Positions 1 to 8,124 of a stretch of DNA of 30,698 bases are shown here, one piece after another; the stretch's first letter is position 1, and every line of letters begins with the position of its first letter. Origin of the DNA: a virus. Lineage: Duplodnaviria; Caudoviricetes. Made by a program: the position numbers and the translations under genes. The notes beneath the pieces are model-generated. The model had not been told where the DNA came from, did not search any database, and saw only the letters and a list, made by a program, of their open reading frames with translations. The stretch lies in IMG/VR virus record IMGVR_UViG_3300028293_000019, positions 1 to 30,698 of that record, one strand, 5' to 3'.

Positions 1-1
1 C

Positions 2-514
2 GGAGGTACTCCAGGCGGAACGCTAAATGGCGCTCTCGGTGGTGGCACTGGGGGGAATGCCGATGCAGTAGGAAGCAGCGGCCCAGGGGGCGTGTCCGGT
101 AGCGGGGGCGGCGGGGGTGGCGCGACGGGCGTAGGACAGAACGGAGCCAATTCCATTTGGAGCGCGGGCGGTGGCGCGGGTGGTGGAGCGATAGACGCAG
201 CCAACCCCGGCACGAATCGCGCCGGGGGAGCGGGTGGCGGCACAGGGCACGCGCTTTCGGCAAGCACTGGGGCCGGCGGAACAGCGGGGCCATCTGGTGG
301 CGCTTCGCCCGGTGGGACGGGCGCAGATGGCGACTCATGGACGTGCGGTGCCGGTGGCGGCGGGGGCGGATCGAATAACGCAGGCACAGGTGGTGCAGGC
401 GGTCCGGGTGGCGTACCAGGGGGAGGCGGGGGAGGCGGTGGGGGAGGAACGAACGTGGGTGGGGCGGGCGGCAAGGGCGGTGATGGGGCAATCCGTATCT
501 GGTACTTGCCATGA
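2..514 (+). CDS. Gly-rich tail-region protein, C-terminal part (5' truncated by window)
   Basis: Frame is open from position 2 (GGTPGGTLNG...). GGxGG-rich repeats end in GGKGGDGAIRIWY, typical of Gly-rich phage tail-fibre-associated domains. Stop overlaps the next ATG. Confidence 0.7.
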   Translation, partial: GGTPGGTLNGALGGGTGGNADAVGSSGPGGVSGSGGGGGGATGVGQNGANSIWSAGGGAGGGAIDAANPGTNRAGGAGGGTGHALSASTGAGGTAGPSGGASPGGTGADGDSWTCGAGGGGGGSNNAGTGGAGGPGGVPGGGGGGGGGGTNVGGAGGKGGDGAIRIWYLP

Positions 515-2319
515 TGCTCATTCGTATTCTGCTGCTGCTCATCATTTCGCTATCGGCCGAAGCGGCGGCGCCCGTCATTAGCTGCACGCCTTCACGAACG
601 TCCGGCACCGAGCCTTTTAGTGTCGTCTTCGACTGTTCCGGGACCACCGACGCTGACACGTCCAAGCCGTTTCACGATCTTCTGTACCGGACGAATTTCG
701 GCGATACGAATGTGGGCACGGACACGTGGTCAAATGGTGCGAACACGAACGCATCGAAGAACGTGGCGACCGGGCCGATCGCGGCGCACGTTTTCGAGTC
801 ATGCGTTGGAAGTCCGTTCACAGTGACGCATTTCGCCACAGACGGAACGGACGTATCGCAGACAACGAACACTATAACTGTAGCGTGCGCGGACGACACC
901 TTCGCGGGAACGGCTACGGTCTGCTTCTTCAATTCTACCGTCGGATCAGGCTGTCCTAGCGGCGCTGTTGAAAGCGCGTCCTCGGATTGGGACGCAGCGA
1001 TTGCGTTGTGTGCGGGCACTACGAAGCGGTGTCTTTTCAAGCGCGGCGATTCGTTCGCCGGAGGTTCGGACGGAGCGATCACAGCATCTGGAGCGATCAC
1101 GATCGGCGCATACGGGTCGGGCGCTCTTCCAATAGTCAACGTGGCTGCTAGCAGGTCAGGCATCCTTATCAACAGCTCGTCCGTCAATGATATTCGGATC
1201 ATGGATCTCAACATGGTTGGTACTGGAGCGATTGGTTCCGAGAATGGCATCTCTGTCGCAACCGGCACAACGCCTAGCAACATCACCATTCTACGAGTGA
1301 CGATCAGCGCGATGGGCGGGCAGGGAATTGCGTTTGCAAACGGCACGGCAGTAGCAACTAAAGTGGTCATTCAAGACAGCACAATAAGTGGGTCGTTCAA
1401 CTACGAGGTTTACGTCAGGGTCAAGCCTTACCTGGCGATTCTCGGCAACGCGATCGGACCTCTCGCAACAGGAGCGGCGGAGCACGTCTTTCGCACCGGG
1501 CCTATTCAGCAATTCGTTTTTGCTCACAACACTATTCAGGGTGCGCCGGTAAACAAATCGGTGCTCACTATTCGTGCGGGTGCTCACGTCACGTCGGCTG
1601 ATGATTCGTTCTACGGTGTCGTGCACGACAACAAGATCATGCAGGGCACCAGAACGAACAACATGATGGCGATTCAGCCATTCGACTCGGGAACAGACAT
1701 CCGAATCTACGACGTGATTGTGGAGAAGAACTTTTTCTTGGGGCAAGCATACACGGGCGGCACGCTTTGCCAAGCGATCTACATTGCCGGGGTTCGCATT
1801 ACCGTGCGCAACAATCTCTTCGATTTGTCTGCTGCAACAACTTGCAGTCGCCTTGGTGTAGAGATAGATCAGTTTGGCATTGAGCCGCCGCCAGATGATG
1901 TTCAAGTCCTCAACAATACGTTCTTCTCCTCGGATACTCACAACGCAACCGGGGTAGAGATTAGGGCTGGCTCTACGGGCACGGTCGCAAAAAATAACGT
2001 ATGTTGGTTTGATGTCGCCGGAACAGCGAAGTGCATTTCCGACGCTGGCACGGGAACGATAGCGCCCCTACAGCCAACGGCCGGCGGTAGTTCTACTAAC
2101 GCGCAGTCTTCTGGCACCGATCCGTTGTTCGACAACACCGCTTCGCCGCCGTCAGGCTTTCGCACCAGCACGAGCAGCTATGCGGCGACCGGCGGGACCG
2201 CGATATGGCCTGCGAGCAACGACGACTTCTATTCCTGCGACTCCACGACGGCCGACGTGAAAATAGGAGCTTTCGTACCCGGCGCTCGAGCTCGTTGCAC
2301 ATCAGGGGCGGGACCGTAA
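511..2319 (+). CDS. PKD-like plus right-handed beta-helix (pectate-lyase-like) protein with N-terminal signal peptide; possible depolymerase/adhesin
   Basis: MMLIRILLLLIISLSAEA-AA signal-like N-terminus; PFSVVFDCSGTTD...YRTNFGD...AAHVFE PKD-like segment; repeated I/V-x-x-N-x-I/F beta-helix rungs (VKNNV, VRNNLF, VLNNTF). Confidence 0.65.
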   Translation: MMLIRILLLLIISLSAEAAAPVISCTPSRTSGTEPFSVVFDCSGTTDADTSKPFHDLLYRTNFGDTNVGTDTWSNGANTNASKNVATGPIAAHVFESCVGSPFTVTHFATDGTDVSQTTNTITVACADDTFAGTATVCFFNSTVGSGCPSGAVESASSDWDAAIALCAGTTKRCLFKRGDSFAGGSDGAITASGAITIGAYGSGALPIVNVAASRSGILINSSSVNDIRIMDLNMVGTGAIGSENGISVATGTTPSNITILRVTISAMGGQGIAFANGTAVATKVVIQDSTISGSFNYEVYVRVKPYLAILGNAIGPLATGAAEHVFRTGPIQQFVFAHNTIQGAPVNKSVLTIRAGAHVTSADDSFYGVVHDNKIMQGTRTNNMMAIQPFDSGTDIRIYDVIVEKNFFLGQAYTGGTLCQAIYIAGVRITVRNNLFDLSAATTCSRLGVEIDQFGIEPPPDDVQVLNNTFFSSDTHNATGVEIRAGSTGTVAKNNVCWFDVAGTAKCISDAGTGTIAPLQPTAGGSSTNAQSSGTDPLFDNTASPPSGFRTSTSSYAATGGTAIWPASNDDFYSCDSTTADVKIGAFVPGARARCTSGAGP

Positions 2320-2424
2320 AATTATGTGCGTAAACGCACAAATAAGGGGTGAAATCGGCGGGACCAAGCGCATACCTGTCGCTGCCGCCCAACAATCAGA
2401 CCGTGACATAACTGGAGTAGTGTC

Positions 2425-2649
2425 ATGGAAAGCTTACCGTTTATGGTGAAGCCCTCGATAGCCGAGGTTCTGGTGCTCTTGAAGGAAATGGTGGTGAAAG
2501 TTAGGGAATTGGACGAAAAGTTGGACGAGCTGCGCACTGATCCTCGCCTGACGCGGGTGGAGGAAAAAGTGTTCCTCATGCAGTGGGTGCTCGGCGTGTG
2601 CTTTACGTCAGTCGTGGGGCAGATCGTATATCTGGTGATACGTCGATAG
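2425..2649 (+). CDS. small coiled-coil protein with C-terminal TM helix (lysis-module membrane protein)
   Basis: GGAG SD upstream; RLTRVEEKV coil followed by hydrophobic WVLGVCFTSVVGQIVYLVI and RR. Confidence 0.6.
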   Translation: MESLPFMVKPSIAEVLVLLKEMVVKVRELDEKLDELRTDPRLTRVEEKVFLMQWVLGVCFTSVVGQIVYLVIRR

Positions 2650-2660
2650 GGGATCATCTT

Positions 2661-2891
2661 ATGGAATTCGTCGCTGTAGCCGCTGCGATTACACAACTTC
2701 TGGTTGCGGTCGCCACGCTGCTGAAACTCATCCAGACGCACAACACCTTCAACAGCAAAATGGACGAGGCCATGCGCTTGGCTAAAGCCGGTGCGTTCGC
2801 AGAAGGAAAACTAGACGAGCGTGCGCAAAGGCGAGTACGGGAAGCCGAGGCCGCACTATCACGCGAGCAAGAGCCGCCGGTAATCAAATGA
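2661..2891 (+). CDS. small N-terminally anchored membrane protein (holin/antiholin-like candidate)
   Basis: ATG 2661 after AGGGGA; hydrophobic FVAVAAAITQLLVAVATLL then a charged tail; ATGA-coupled to the next gene. Confidence 0.55.
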   Translation: MEFVAVAAAITQLLVAVATLLKLIQTHNTFNSKMDEAMRLAKAGAFAEGKLDERAQRRVREAEAALSREQEPPVIK

Positions 2892-3310
2892 ACGACCAGC
2901 CATCGGATAGGCGCTCCAATCCGTTCACCGAGAAGCTGTCGTGGCTCATGGCGTGGGCGGCGGCGCTCGGCGGTGCCTACGTCATCATCGACCCGGTGAT
3001 AACGCTCCACATCACTGACTCAGTTCAGATCAAACTGGGCGGCGACGGCTTTGCCGAGCAAATGAAGGGCGCAGTCCTCGCGCTGATCTTGGTCGAGGGT
3101 TGGAAGGCGGTGAAGGAGTATTGGTTGGGATCTAGCGCAGGCTCTGCCAAGAGCGCCGATGTGATGCAGCGCATAGCAGAAGCCGCGCCTACCGTTGCCG
3201 CCGCTGCTGCGGCCGCCGCAGCGCCGACGCCTAAGAACGGGCATCCCGTCAAGGCCGACGACGTAACGGTGAACGCGGCCGGCGATGTGACCGTGAAGAA
3301 GGACGGATGA
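2888..3310 (+). CDS. two-TM membrane protein, holin candidate
   Basis: Two hydrophobic segments, then YWLGSSAGS (resembles the YxFGSS motif of phage holin-like proteins); lies upstream of the endolysin. Confidence 0.55.
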   Translation: MNDQPSDRRSNPFTEKLSWLMAWAAALGGAYVIIDPVITLHITDSVQIKLGGDGFAEQMKGAVLALILVEGWKAVKEYWLGSSAGSAKSADVMQRIAEAAPTVAAAAAAAAAPTPKNGHPVKADDVTVNAAGDVTVKKDG

Positions 3311-3341
3311 AAAAGCCCGGTGCCGTGGCAGGCAACCGGGC
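3310..3341 (-). terminator. intrinsic terminator for the antisense gene
   Basis: On the minus strand GCCCGGTTGCC-tgccac-GGCACCGGGC is followed by TTTTT, 20 nt after the stop at 3361. Confidence 0.7.
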
Positions 3342-3360
3342 CACGATAGCGCGGTCTGCG

Positions 3361-3756
3361 TTACCGTTTCTTCCTCTTCGCCATGAATCCAGGTTGGATG
3401 CCAGCCGCCATGCGTTCCTCCGCGATGCGCTTTCCGTTCCTGCGCCGCAGCTTGGTCGTGATCGAGGTTCGCTGCCGATCAATCACGTTCAGCACGCTCT
3501 GCGGGAGGATCGAGCGGTTAGACCCCTTCGCATCCACTTGGGTTACAAACGCCGTCACCCCTTCGTCCGTTCGCACCGTCTGCACCATGTAACTTGTCGC
3601 GTGCCCGTAGAAGTCGATGTGCTGGACGACCGTGGGCTGGGTGTTCGCCCCGTTCGGCAAGCCCATCATGCTCGACAGCAGCCTATCGAACGGGTCCGTC
3701 GTCAGCGCGGCGGTGACTTTGTGGTTGCGCTCGTGCGTGTTGCCATCTTGGTCCAT
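3361..3756 (-). CDS. hypothetical protein (131 aa), antisense moron-like insert in the lysis module
   Basis: GAGAGG SD before ATG 3756; own terminator; basic C-terminus (MAKRKKR). Confidence 0.7.
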   Translation of the reverse strand: MDQDGNTHERNHKVTAALTTDPFDRLLSSMMGLPNGANTQPTVVQHIDFYGHATSYMVQTVRTDEGVTAFVTQVDAKGSNRSILPQSVLNVIDRQRTSITTKLRRRNGKRIAEERMAAGIQPGFMAKRKKR

Positions 3757-3835
3757 AATGTATGTCCTCTCGTGTGTGTTAAAGAGCGTCCCCGGTGTCA
3801 GCCGGGGGCGGCAGTTCTTCACCACCGCAACTACC

Positions 3836-3844
3836 ATTTTACCA
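3836..3844 (-). promoter_or_regulatory. extended -10 promoter candidate for the antisense gene
   Basis: Minus strand reads TGGTAAAAT (TGn + TAAAAT) about 80 nt upstream of ATG 3756. Confidence 0.4.
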
Positions 3845-3947
3845 AACGCACTTTTGCGAAGTCGCGTTTGCGAACGAACCATCAAGCACTTAGCGCAACT
3901 CTAGCCCCGAGAAATAGTTCTTGGTGCCATTTTCAGGCAATCGCAGA

Positions 3948-4469
3948 ATGAGCCACATCGAGCAAAGGCTGCGGGAAATAAGCGATGAACTGCGCGAGAT
4001 CGCGAACTCTCTGCCATTGCCGCCCACGGCCCTGCACACGCCACTGGAGCAGCGTGCCACGCAGCAGCTCCGCAGGGACGAGGGCGAAGTGCTCTATGCG
4101 TATCAGGACTCGCTCGGCTACTGGACTATCGGAATCGGCGTGATGATCGACAAAAAGAAGGGCGGCGGCATCACGCAGGAGGAATCGGAATACCTGTTCG
4201 TCAATCGCCTTCGCGCACGCATCGGAGAACTCGATCAGATGCTCCCTTGGTGGCGCACCTTGGACGAGCCGCGCCAGGGCGTGCTCCTGAACATGAGTTA
4301 CCAGATGGGCGTGGTAGGTGTTATGAAATTCGTCAACACGCTCAAGCTGATTCAAGGCGGTTCTTACCAAGCCGCTGCCGATGCGATGCTGAAAAGTCTG
4401 TGGTATCAGCAAACTCCAGCAAGGGCACAGCGGCTTTCGGATCAGATGCGCGATGGGGAATGGAGATGA
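3948..4469 (+). CDS. endolysin, T4-type lysozyme (GH24)
   Basis: Catalytic E-x8-D-x5-T triad in DEGEVLYAYQDSLGYWTIGIG; RQGVLLNMSYQMG; SLWYQQTPARAQR matches the T4L C-terminal motif. Confidence 0.93.
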   Translation: MSHIEQRLREISDELREIANSLPLPPTALHTPLEQRATQQLRRDEGEVLYAYQDSLGYWTIGIGVMIDKKKGGGITQEESEYLFVNRLRARIGELDQMLPWWRTLDEPRQGVLLNMSYQMGVVGVMKFVNTLKLIQGGSYQAAADAMLKSLWYQQTPARAQRLSDQMRDGEWR

Positions 4470-4603
4470 AGGTGCTGGCCGGGCGCTACTCCGGCTCCGC
4501 TGTACCGTTTACGCCGGTCGTCCGCAAGTGTTCTGGGTCGGCATCAGGAATCTCAGCGCGTGTCTGCTCTCCACGCCGCAGCACCAATGAAATCTTAGCA
4601 TGA
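4466..4603 (+). CDS. 45-aa ORF, doubtful
   Basis: Supported only by ATGA overlaps at both ends. Confidence 0.3.
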   Translation: MKVLAGRYSGSAVPFTPVVRKCSGSASGISARVCSPRRSTNEILA

Positions 4604-5016
4604 AAGTCCTATTCCCGACCACTCTCGACGTTCGCTTCCACCACGACGAGCAAGGCGTTCGGTGGGAGCTCATGGCACCTTTCGTCGTGATCGTGAACGC
4701 TTGGGAAGCAGACCAGAAAATCATCCGCGTTCCGGCGGGGTACATCACGGACTTTGCATCGGTGCCGCGGCTGCCGTTCATCTATCTCGCCTACGCGAAC
4801 AAGGCGCATCTTGCGGCTCTGGTACACGATTGGCTGTACTCGGAAGGCGGAACGGAAGCTGACCGAGAGTACGCGGACTGCGTGTTCCTGCAGGGAATGC
4901 TCGACACGCTGGTTCCAGAGGAAAGCAATTCGCTTACCGCCGACGACGCTCGGGCGATGTTCGATGCGGTGCGACATTTTGGCAGCAGTCACTTCAACTA
5001 CAAGGAGACACCATGA
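4600..5016 (+). CDS. DUF1353 family protein
   Basis: VPAGYITDFASVPR, AALVHDWLY and REYADCVFLQGM motifs. Confidence 0.85.
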   Translation: MKVLFPTTLDVRFHHDEQGVRWELMAPFVVIVNAWEADQKIIRVPAGYITDFASVPRLPFIYLAYANKAHLAALVHDWLYSEGGTEADREYADCVFLQGMLDTLVPEESNSLTADDARAMFDAVRHFGSSHFNYKETP

Positions 5017-5330
5017 AATTCTGGCTTACCGCAATCCTGCTTCTCGGCACGTTCGTTCTAACCGGCTGTCCCAGCATGAGCATCAAGGACATGAGCGCGG
5101 ATCAACTGAAGGCGACGAACGGGATGCTAACGTGCTCTCAGCTATCGAGTATGTACGGCAAGGGGAGCACCATTCTCGTCAACACCGACGACCTGCGAAA
5201 AGGCGCGACGAGCAAGGGCAAGACCGTAATTACCTGCGGCGATGCGACGATGGCGATTGAATCAGAGGTCGGCGTACCAGTGCCACCAGGCGCGACTACT
5301 ACCACTACTACCGTGGTAAGGCCGCAGTGA
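5013..5330 (+). CDS. lipoprotein (possible spanin or superinfection-exclusion function)
   Basis: MKFW + hydrophobic core + lipobox LTGC; AAGGAG SD. Confidence 0.75.
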   Translation: MKFWLTAILLLGTFVLTGCPSMSIKDMSADQLKATNGMLTCSQLSSMYGKGSTILVNTDDLRKGATSKGKTVITCGDATMAIESEVGVPVPPGATTTTTTVVRPQ

Positions 5331-5370
5331 ATCAGACGGATTACCGAAGCGCAACTGAAAAGGATTTGAA

Positions 5371-5544
5371 ATGGACCTATTTGGACTGATCGTATTGCTC
5401 CTGGTCGTTGGCGTGGTGCTCTACTTCTTCCCGATTGACGGGACGATTAAGAACATCATCCTCTGTCTAATCGTGGTTGCAGTGATTCTCACGATCCTGC
5501 ATGGTTCCGGCACTACTAGCGGACATCGATACTGGAACTGGTAG
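5371..5544 (+). CDS. 57-aa two-TM membrane protein (Thivi_2564-like), absent from ORF track
   Basis: MDLFGLIVLLLVVGVVLYFFPIDGTIKNIILCLIVVAVILTILHG...; AAGGA SD. Confidence 0.7.
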   Translation: MDLFGLIVLLLVVGVVLYFFPIDGTIKNIILCLIVVAVILTILHGSGTTSGHRYWNW

Positions 5545-5548
5545 GTCG

Positions 5549-5752
5549 CTAGCGCTCGTCAGCGAGGAGCGCGGCGAGAGCCTGCGAGAAGTCCGCTACA
5601 GTGCGCTGGTATAGTCCGATGCAATGCTCTGGCGCGTCGTGGGCATCATCGTCGTATAGACCGTAGTAGACGACGCCATCCTTAACGTCGTGAATGTTGA
5701 CCTCGCGTTTGCCGCGTCGCCACGTCATGCCAGTTTTTAGGCTGTCGCTCAC
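5549..5752 (-). CDS. hypothetical protein, last gene of the leftward operon
   Basis: 67 aa, converges on the lysis operon with only 4 nt between the stops. Confidence 0.55.
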   Translation of the reverse strand: MSDSLKTGMTWRRGKREVNIHDVKDGVVYYGLYDDDAHDAPEHCIGLYQRTVADFSQALAALLADER

Positions 5753-5842
5753 TTCGCGCTTTCCTTCATGGCGGCGTCGATGGACTCTCGCGTAATTGGC
5801 TGGTTAGTGTGCCCAAGTAAAACTGCGGCAATATTTCATCTA

Positions 5843-6490
5843 CTACTCCTTGAGTGCCTGATTGAGTTTCTGCTGGTAGTGATTCTGCAAGCCGGGGTCA
5901 AAGCTGCCGATAGAGCAGATTGCTGATCGCGCTATGAGTAGCACTTTTCCATTTGCGCTCGGCCCTTGCAGGCCACGGAGCGCGAGGTCGCAGAGGGCCA
6001 TCAACTCTGCTTCCACTTCGGAAACGTTATTCCACGCCTTGAACGCTACGCGCCAGTCCTTTATCTTCGCAACGGTTAGCGGCAGTCCGGGCATCCCCTC
6101 GTCTACGGTCGCGTACCTGATTCCGGGCGGCGGTGGCGGCAATTCCTCCTGCGCGCTGGGGGAGCCGGAAGCAGGCCCTTTGCGAAAACTTCTCGGCACA
6201 TCGGCGTCCTGCCCCGGCGTAAGCGTTGCTGCGAAGGCGCGGATGGCCTGTTCGCAGGCGTCGGCTCCGTCGCTGATTCCCTCGGTATGTGAATTGGCTC
6301 GCTGCGGGCTGGTCCCTCTCTTGTATGCGTGCCATGCTTCGTGCGCTGTGCGTCCGCAAATCCCCGCCGCTTCCTCCAAAGCCTGAAGGACGAGGCGACG
6401 GGCGTACTGCTGCGGCGTCTCCCAAAGCTCCTTGCGATCCAGAATCTTCAAGCGCTGCGGCCCGCGCTCGATCTCGTCTTTAAGCGTCAC
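5843..6490 (-). CDS. hypothetical phage early protein
   Basis: GTGA-coupled start at 6490; ALEEAAGIC...GADACEQAIRA and ALCDLALRGL segments typical of phage early genes. Confidence 0.65.
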   Translation of the reverse strand: MTLKDEIERGPQRLKILDRKELWETPQQYARRLVLQALEEAAGICGRTAHEAWHAYKRGTSPQRANSHTEGISDGADACEQAIRAFAATLTPGQDADVPRSFRKGPASGSPSAQEELPPPPPGIRYATVDEGMPGLPLTVAKIKDWRVAFKAWNNVSEVEAELMALCDLALRGLQGPSANGKVLLIARSAICSIGSFDPGLQNHYQQKLNQALKE

Positions 6491-6963
6491 AGCGGCTTCT
6501 CCTGCGTGGGGTGGGGCGGGAGTCTTTCCAGCACGATCAGCCCGCTCTTGGTCATTCCGCATTTCCTCCATCCGGCCATGAGGAAGCAAAATCCAGGGTT
6601 CGCTGACCGGACCTTTTGCGAATCGACGTAGGTGTAATGCCTGCTATCAGCCCACAGGCAATCAGCGATTGAATCCGCTTGACGGATAAGGTCTGAGCTT
6701 CGATGCGCGCTTTCGTTTCGGAACACGGCGCAGTTGACTCCTTGTTGGCGCTCTCCGGTTCGCTGGTCAACGCAATCGTCAATGAATCGTCGCCATACCC
6801 AAACAGCATCAGCGTTCTCGGTTCGGAATACCCATTTCTCTCCGGGGCCGATGAACAGGACGCGCTCCCTACCGTCTCGGTACTCGTAGGCGCTGTAATG
6901 GCGCTCGTACATTGCGAGGCAGTCAAGGTCGCCATCCTTCGTCAGCCACCAAAGCGGCCGCAT
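6487..6963 (-). CDS. Mom-like/GNAT-fold protein (putative DNA-modifying transferase)
   Basis: N-terminal ERHYS and C-terminal YTYVD...NPGFCFLMAGW resemble the Mom-family xxHY and SYAD...GxIYxAxNW motifs; also NCAVFRNE...SSDLI. Confidence 0.55.
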   Translation of the reverse strand: MRPLWWLTKDGDLDCLAMYERHYSAYEYRDGRERVLFIGPGEKWVFRTENADAVWVWRRFIDDCVDQRTGERQQGVNCAVFRNESAHRSSDLIRQADSIADCLWADSRHYTYVDSQKVRSANPGFCFLMAGWRKCGMTKSGLIVLERLPPHPTQEKPL

Positions 6964-6999
6964 GGCTTCATCACCGCCTCCGTTCGCGCGCTGGGGTGT

Positions 7000-7503
7000 T
7001 CATGGCTTGAGTTGTCTTACGAGTTCGCCGGTAACTACGTTCCAGCGCAATCCGTGACCGGGGCACGTAACGATGTCGCCTTCCTGGTGCATGCCGCTCA
7101 ACGGGATGCCGCGATGCGGACACACCATCCCGTCCTTGAGTTTGCAGTCTGCATAGGCGGATTCCAAGCCATAGAACCATTTGGCGCGTACAAGAACTTC
7201 GTTGAACTCGCCCATGGCGCGATGCATCTTCCTGCGGCGCAGAACAGGAGTAGGAAACCCATCCGAATTGATGCGGTCGCTAATCATCAACGGCGCGCTC
7301 AAGTTGAATCCCAATGGTTTGAACCGGTGCTGCGGAACGAATCGCCAGTCAATGTGATAGTGCTGCCAAGGGAAGTTGATATGCGCCTCATCCTCATGCT
7401 GCGGCCCCATGACTGGCCAATCATCGGTAACGTTGAAGTATTTACCGCGCACGCACGGCACGGAATACATCTGGCCTACTACGTAAACCTTGCGTTCGCT
7501 CAC
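7000..7503 (-). CDS. Rieske [2Fe-2S] domain protein with His-rich N-terminal domain
   Basis: CPH-x16-CPGHG followed by WNVVTG is a canonical Rieske signature; N-terminal GPQHEDE...WQHYHIDWRF. Confidence 0.85.
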   Translation of the reverse strand: MSERKVYVVGQMYSVPCVRGKYFNVTDDWPVMGPQHEDEAHINFPWQHYHIDWRFVPQHRFKPLGFNLSAPLMISDRINSDGFPTPVLRRRKMHRAMGEFNEVLVRAKWFYGLESAYADCKLKDGMVCPHRGIPLSGMHQEGDIVTCPGHGLRWNVVTGELVRQLKP

Positions 7504-7658
7504 TTGCGCACCTTCATGGGCGTCACCACGCGCACGCGCTCCTCGGCCTGCGCCTTAATCCGCTCGCGCGCGCGCTTGAACGCCTTGGTGATGTCCGTCG
7601 CGCTCGATGGCACATACGGCACCGCCCACTTGTGCTCGTCCGTGAACTTGGGTTTCAT
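7500..7658 (-). CDS. 52-aa hypothetical protein, absent from ORF track
   Basis: MKPKFTDEHKWAVPYVPSSATDITKAFKRARERIK...; coupled by ATGA/GTGA overlaps at both ends. Confidence 0.65.
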   Translation of the reverse strand: MKPKFTDEHKWAVPYVPSSATDITKAFKRARERIKAQAEERVRVVTPMKVRK

Positions 7659-7930
7659 CGGATTCGGATACCTTTCAGGAACGCGATTGCTTCATCGACG
7701 CTATGCAGCGTCGTACAGTTCCCTCGCCATTCGGTTTTCCACTTGAGCTGATCCATCGTGAAGCTGCTGTCGGCCTTCAGTTCCGCGAGCAGGTTCTTTC
7801 CGCGGTATCCGATGAGCAGGTCCGGGCACCCTTTGCCGATCGTATGCAAGGGCTGGACGCTCGCGCCCATCTTGCGGAGCGCGGCCACGATGGCGGCCTG
7901 GTTCGCGTCTACTCGGGCTGCGCGTCGCAT
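7655..7930 (-). CDS. PD-(D/E)xK nuclease, VRR-NUC/Holliday-junction-resolvase-like
   Basis: MRRAARVDANQ...GKGCPDLLIGYRG...LAELK...DQ...HSVDEA. Confidence 0.8.
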   Translation of the reverse strand: MRRAARVDANQAAIVAALRKMGASVQPLHTIGKGCPDLLIGYRGKNLLAELKADSSFTMDQLKWKTEWRGNCTTLHSVDEAIAFLKGIRIR

Positions 7931-8124
7931 GGGAGCCTGTAGACCGCGAAGCGGGCATCGGCGCGCTTGACCATGCGCCGCTCGATGGGGTGTCCCTGCC
8001 GGCGAAGGTCGAAGACGCGGGCGGCAAGGCGTGCGATGCCCAGGTCGCGCCACGCGAGCGCGGGGCTGAGCTCGAGCCCGGTCTTGAGGTAGCGCAGCAC
8101 TTGCTGGTTCTGGGTGTCTGTCAT
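7909..8124 (-). CDS. winged helix-turn-helix protein (HTH_36-like)
   Basis: TQNQQVLRYLKTG...GIARLAARVFDLRRQGHPI. Confidence 0.8.
   Translation of the reverse strand: MTDTQNQQVLRYLKTGLELSPALAWRDLGIARLAARVFDLRRQGHPIERRMVKRADARFAVYRLPCDAQPE

Noticed and set aside
3307-3951. 214-aa plus-strand ORF bridging the holin candidate and lysozyme
   Set aside because: Arg/His-rich shadow-like composition; the minus-strand gene has SD, promoter and terminator. Its ATGA overlaps at both ends mean it is not fully excluded.
6703-7746. 347-aa plus-strand ORF
   Set aside because: Antisense shadow of coupled minus-strand genes with clear motifs (Rieske, Mom-like); no recognisable features.
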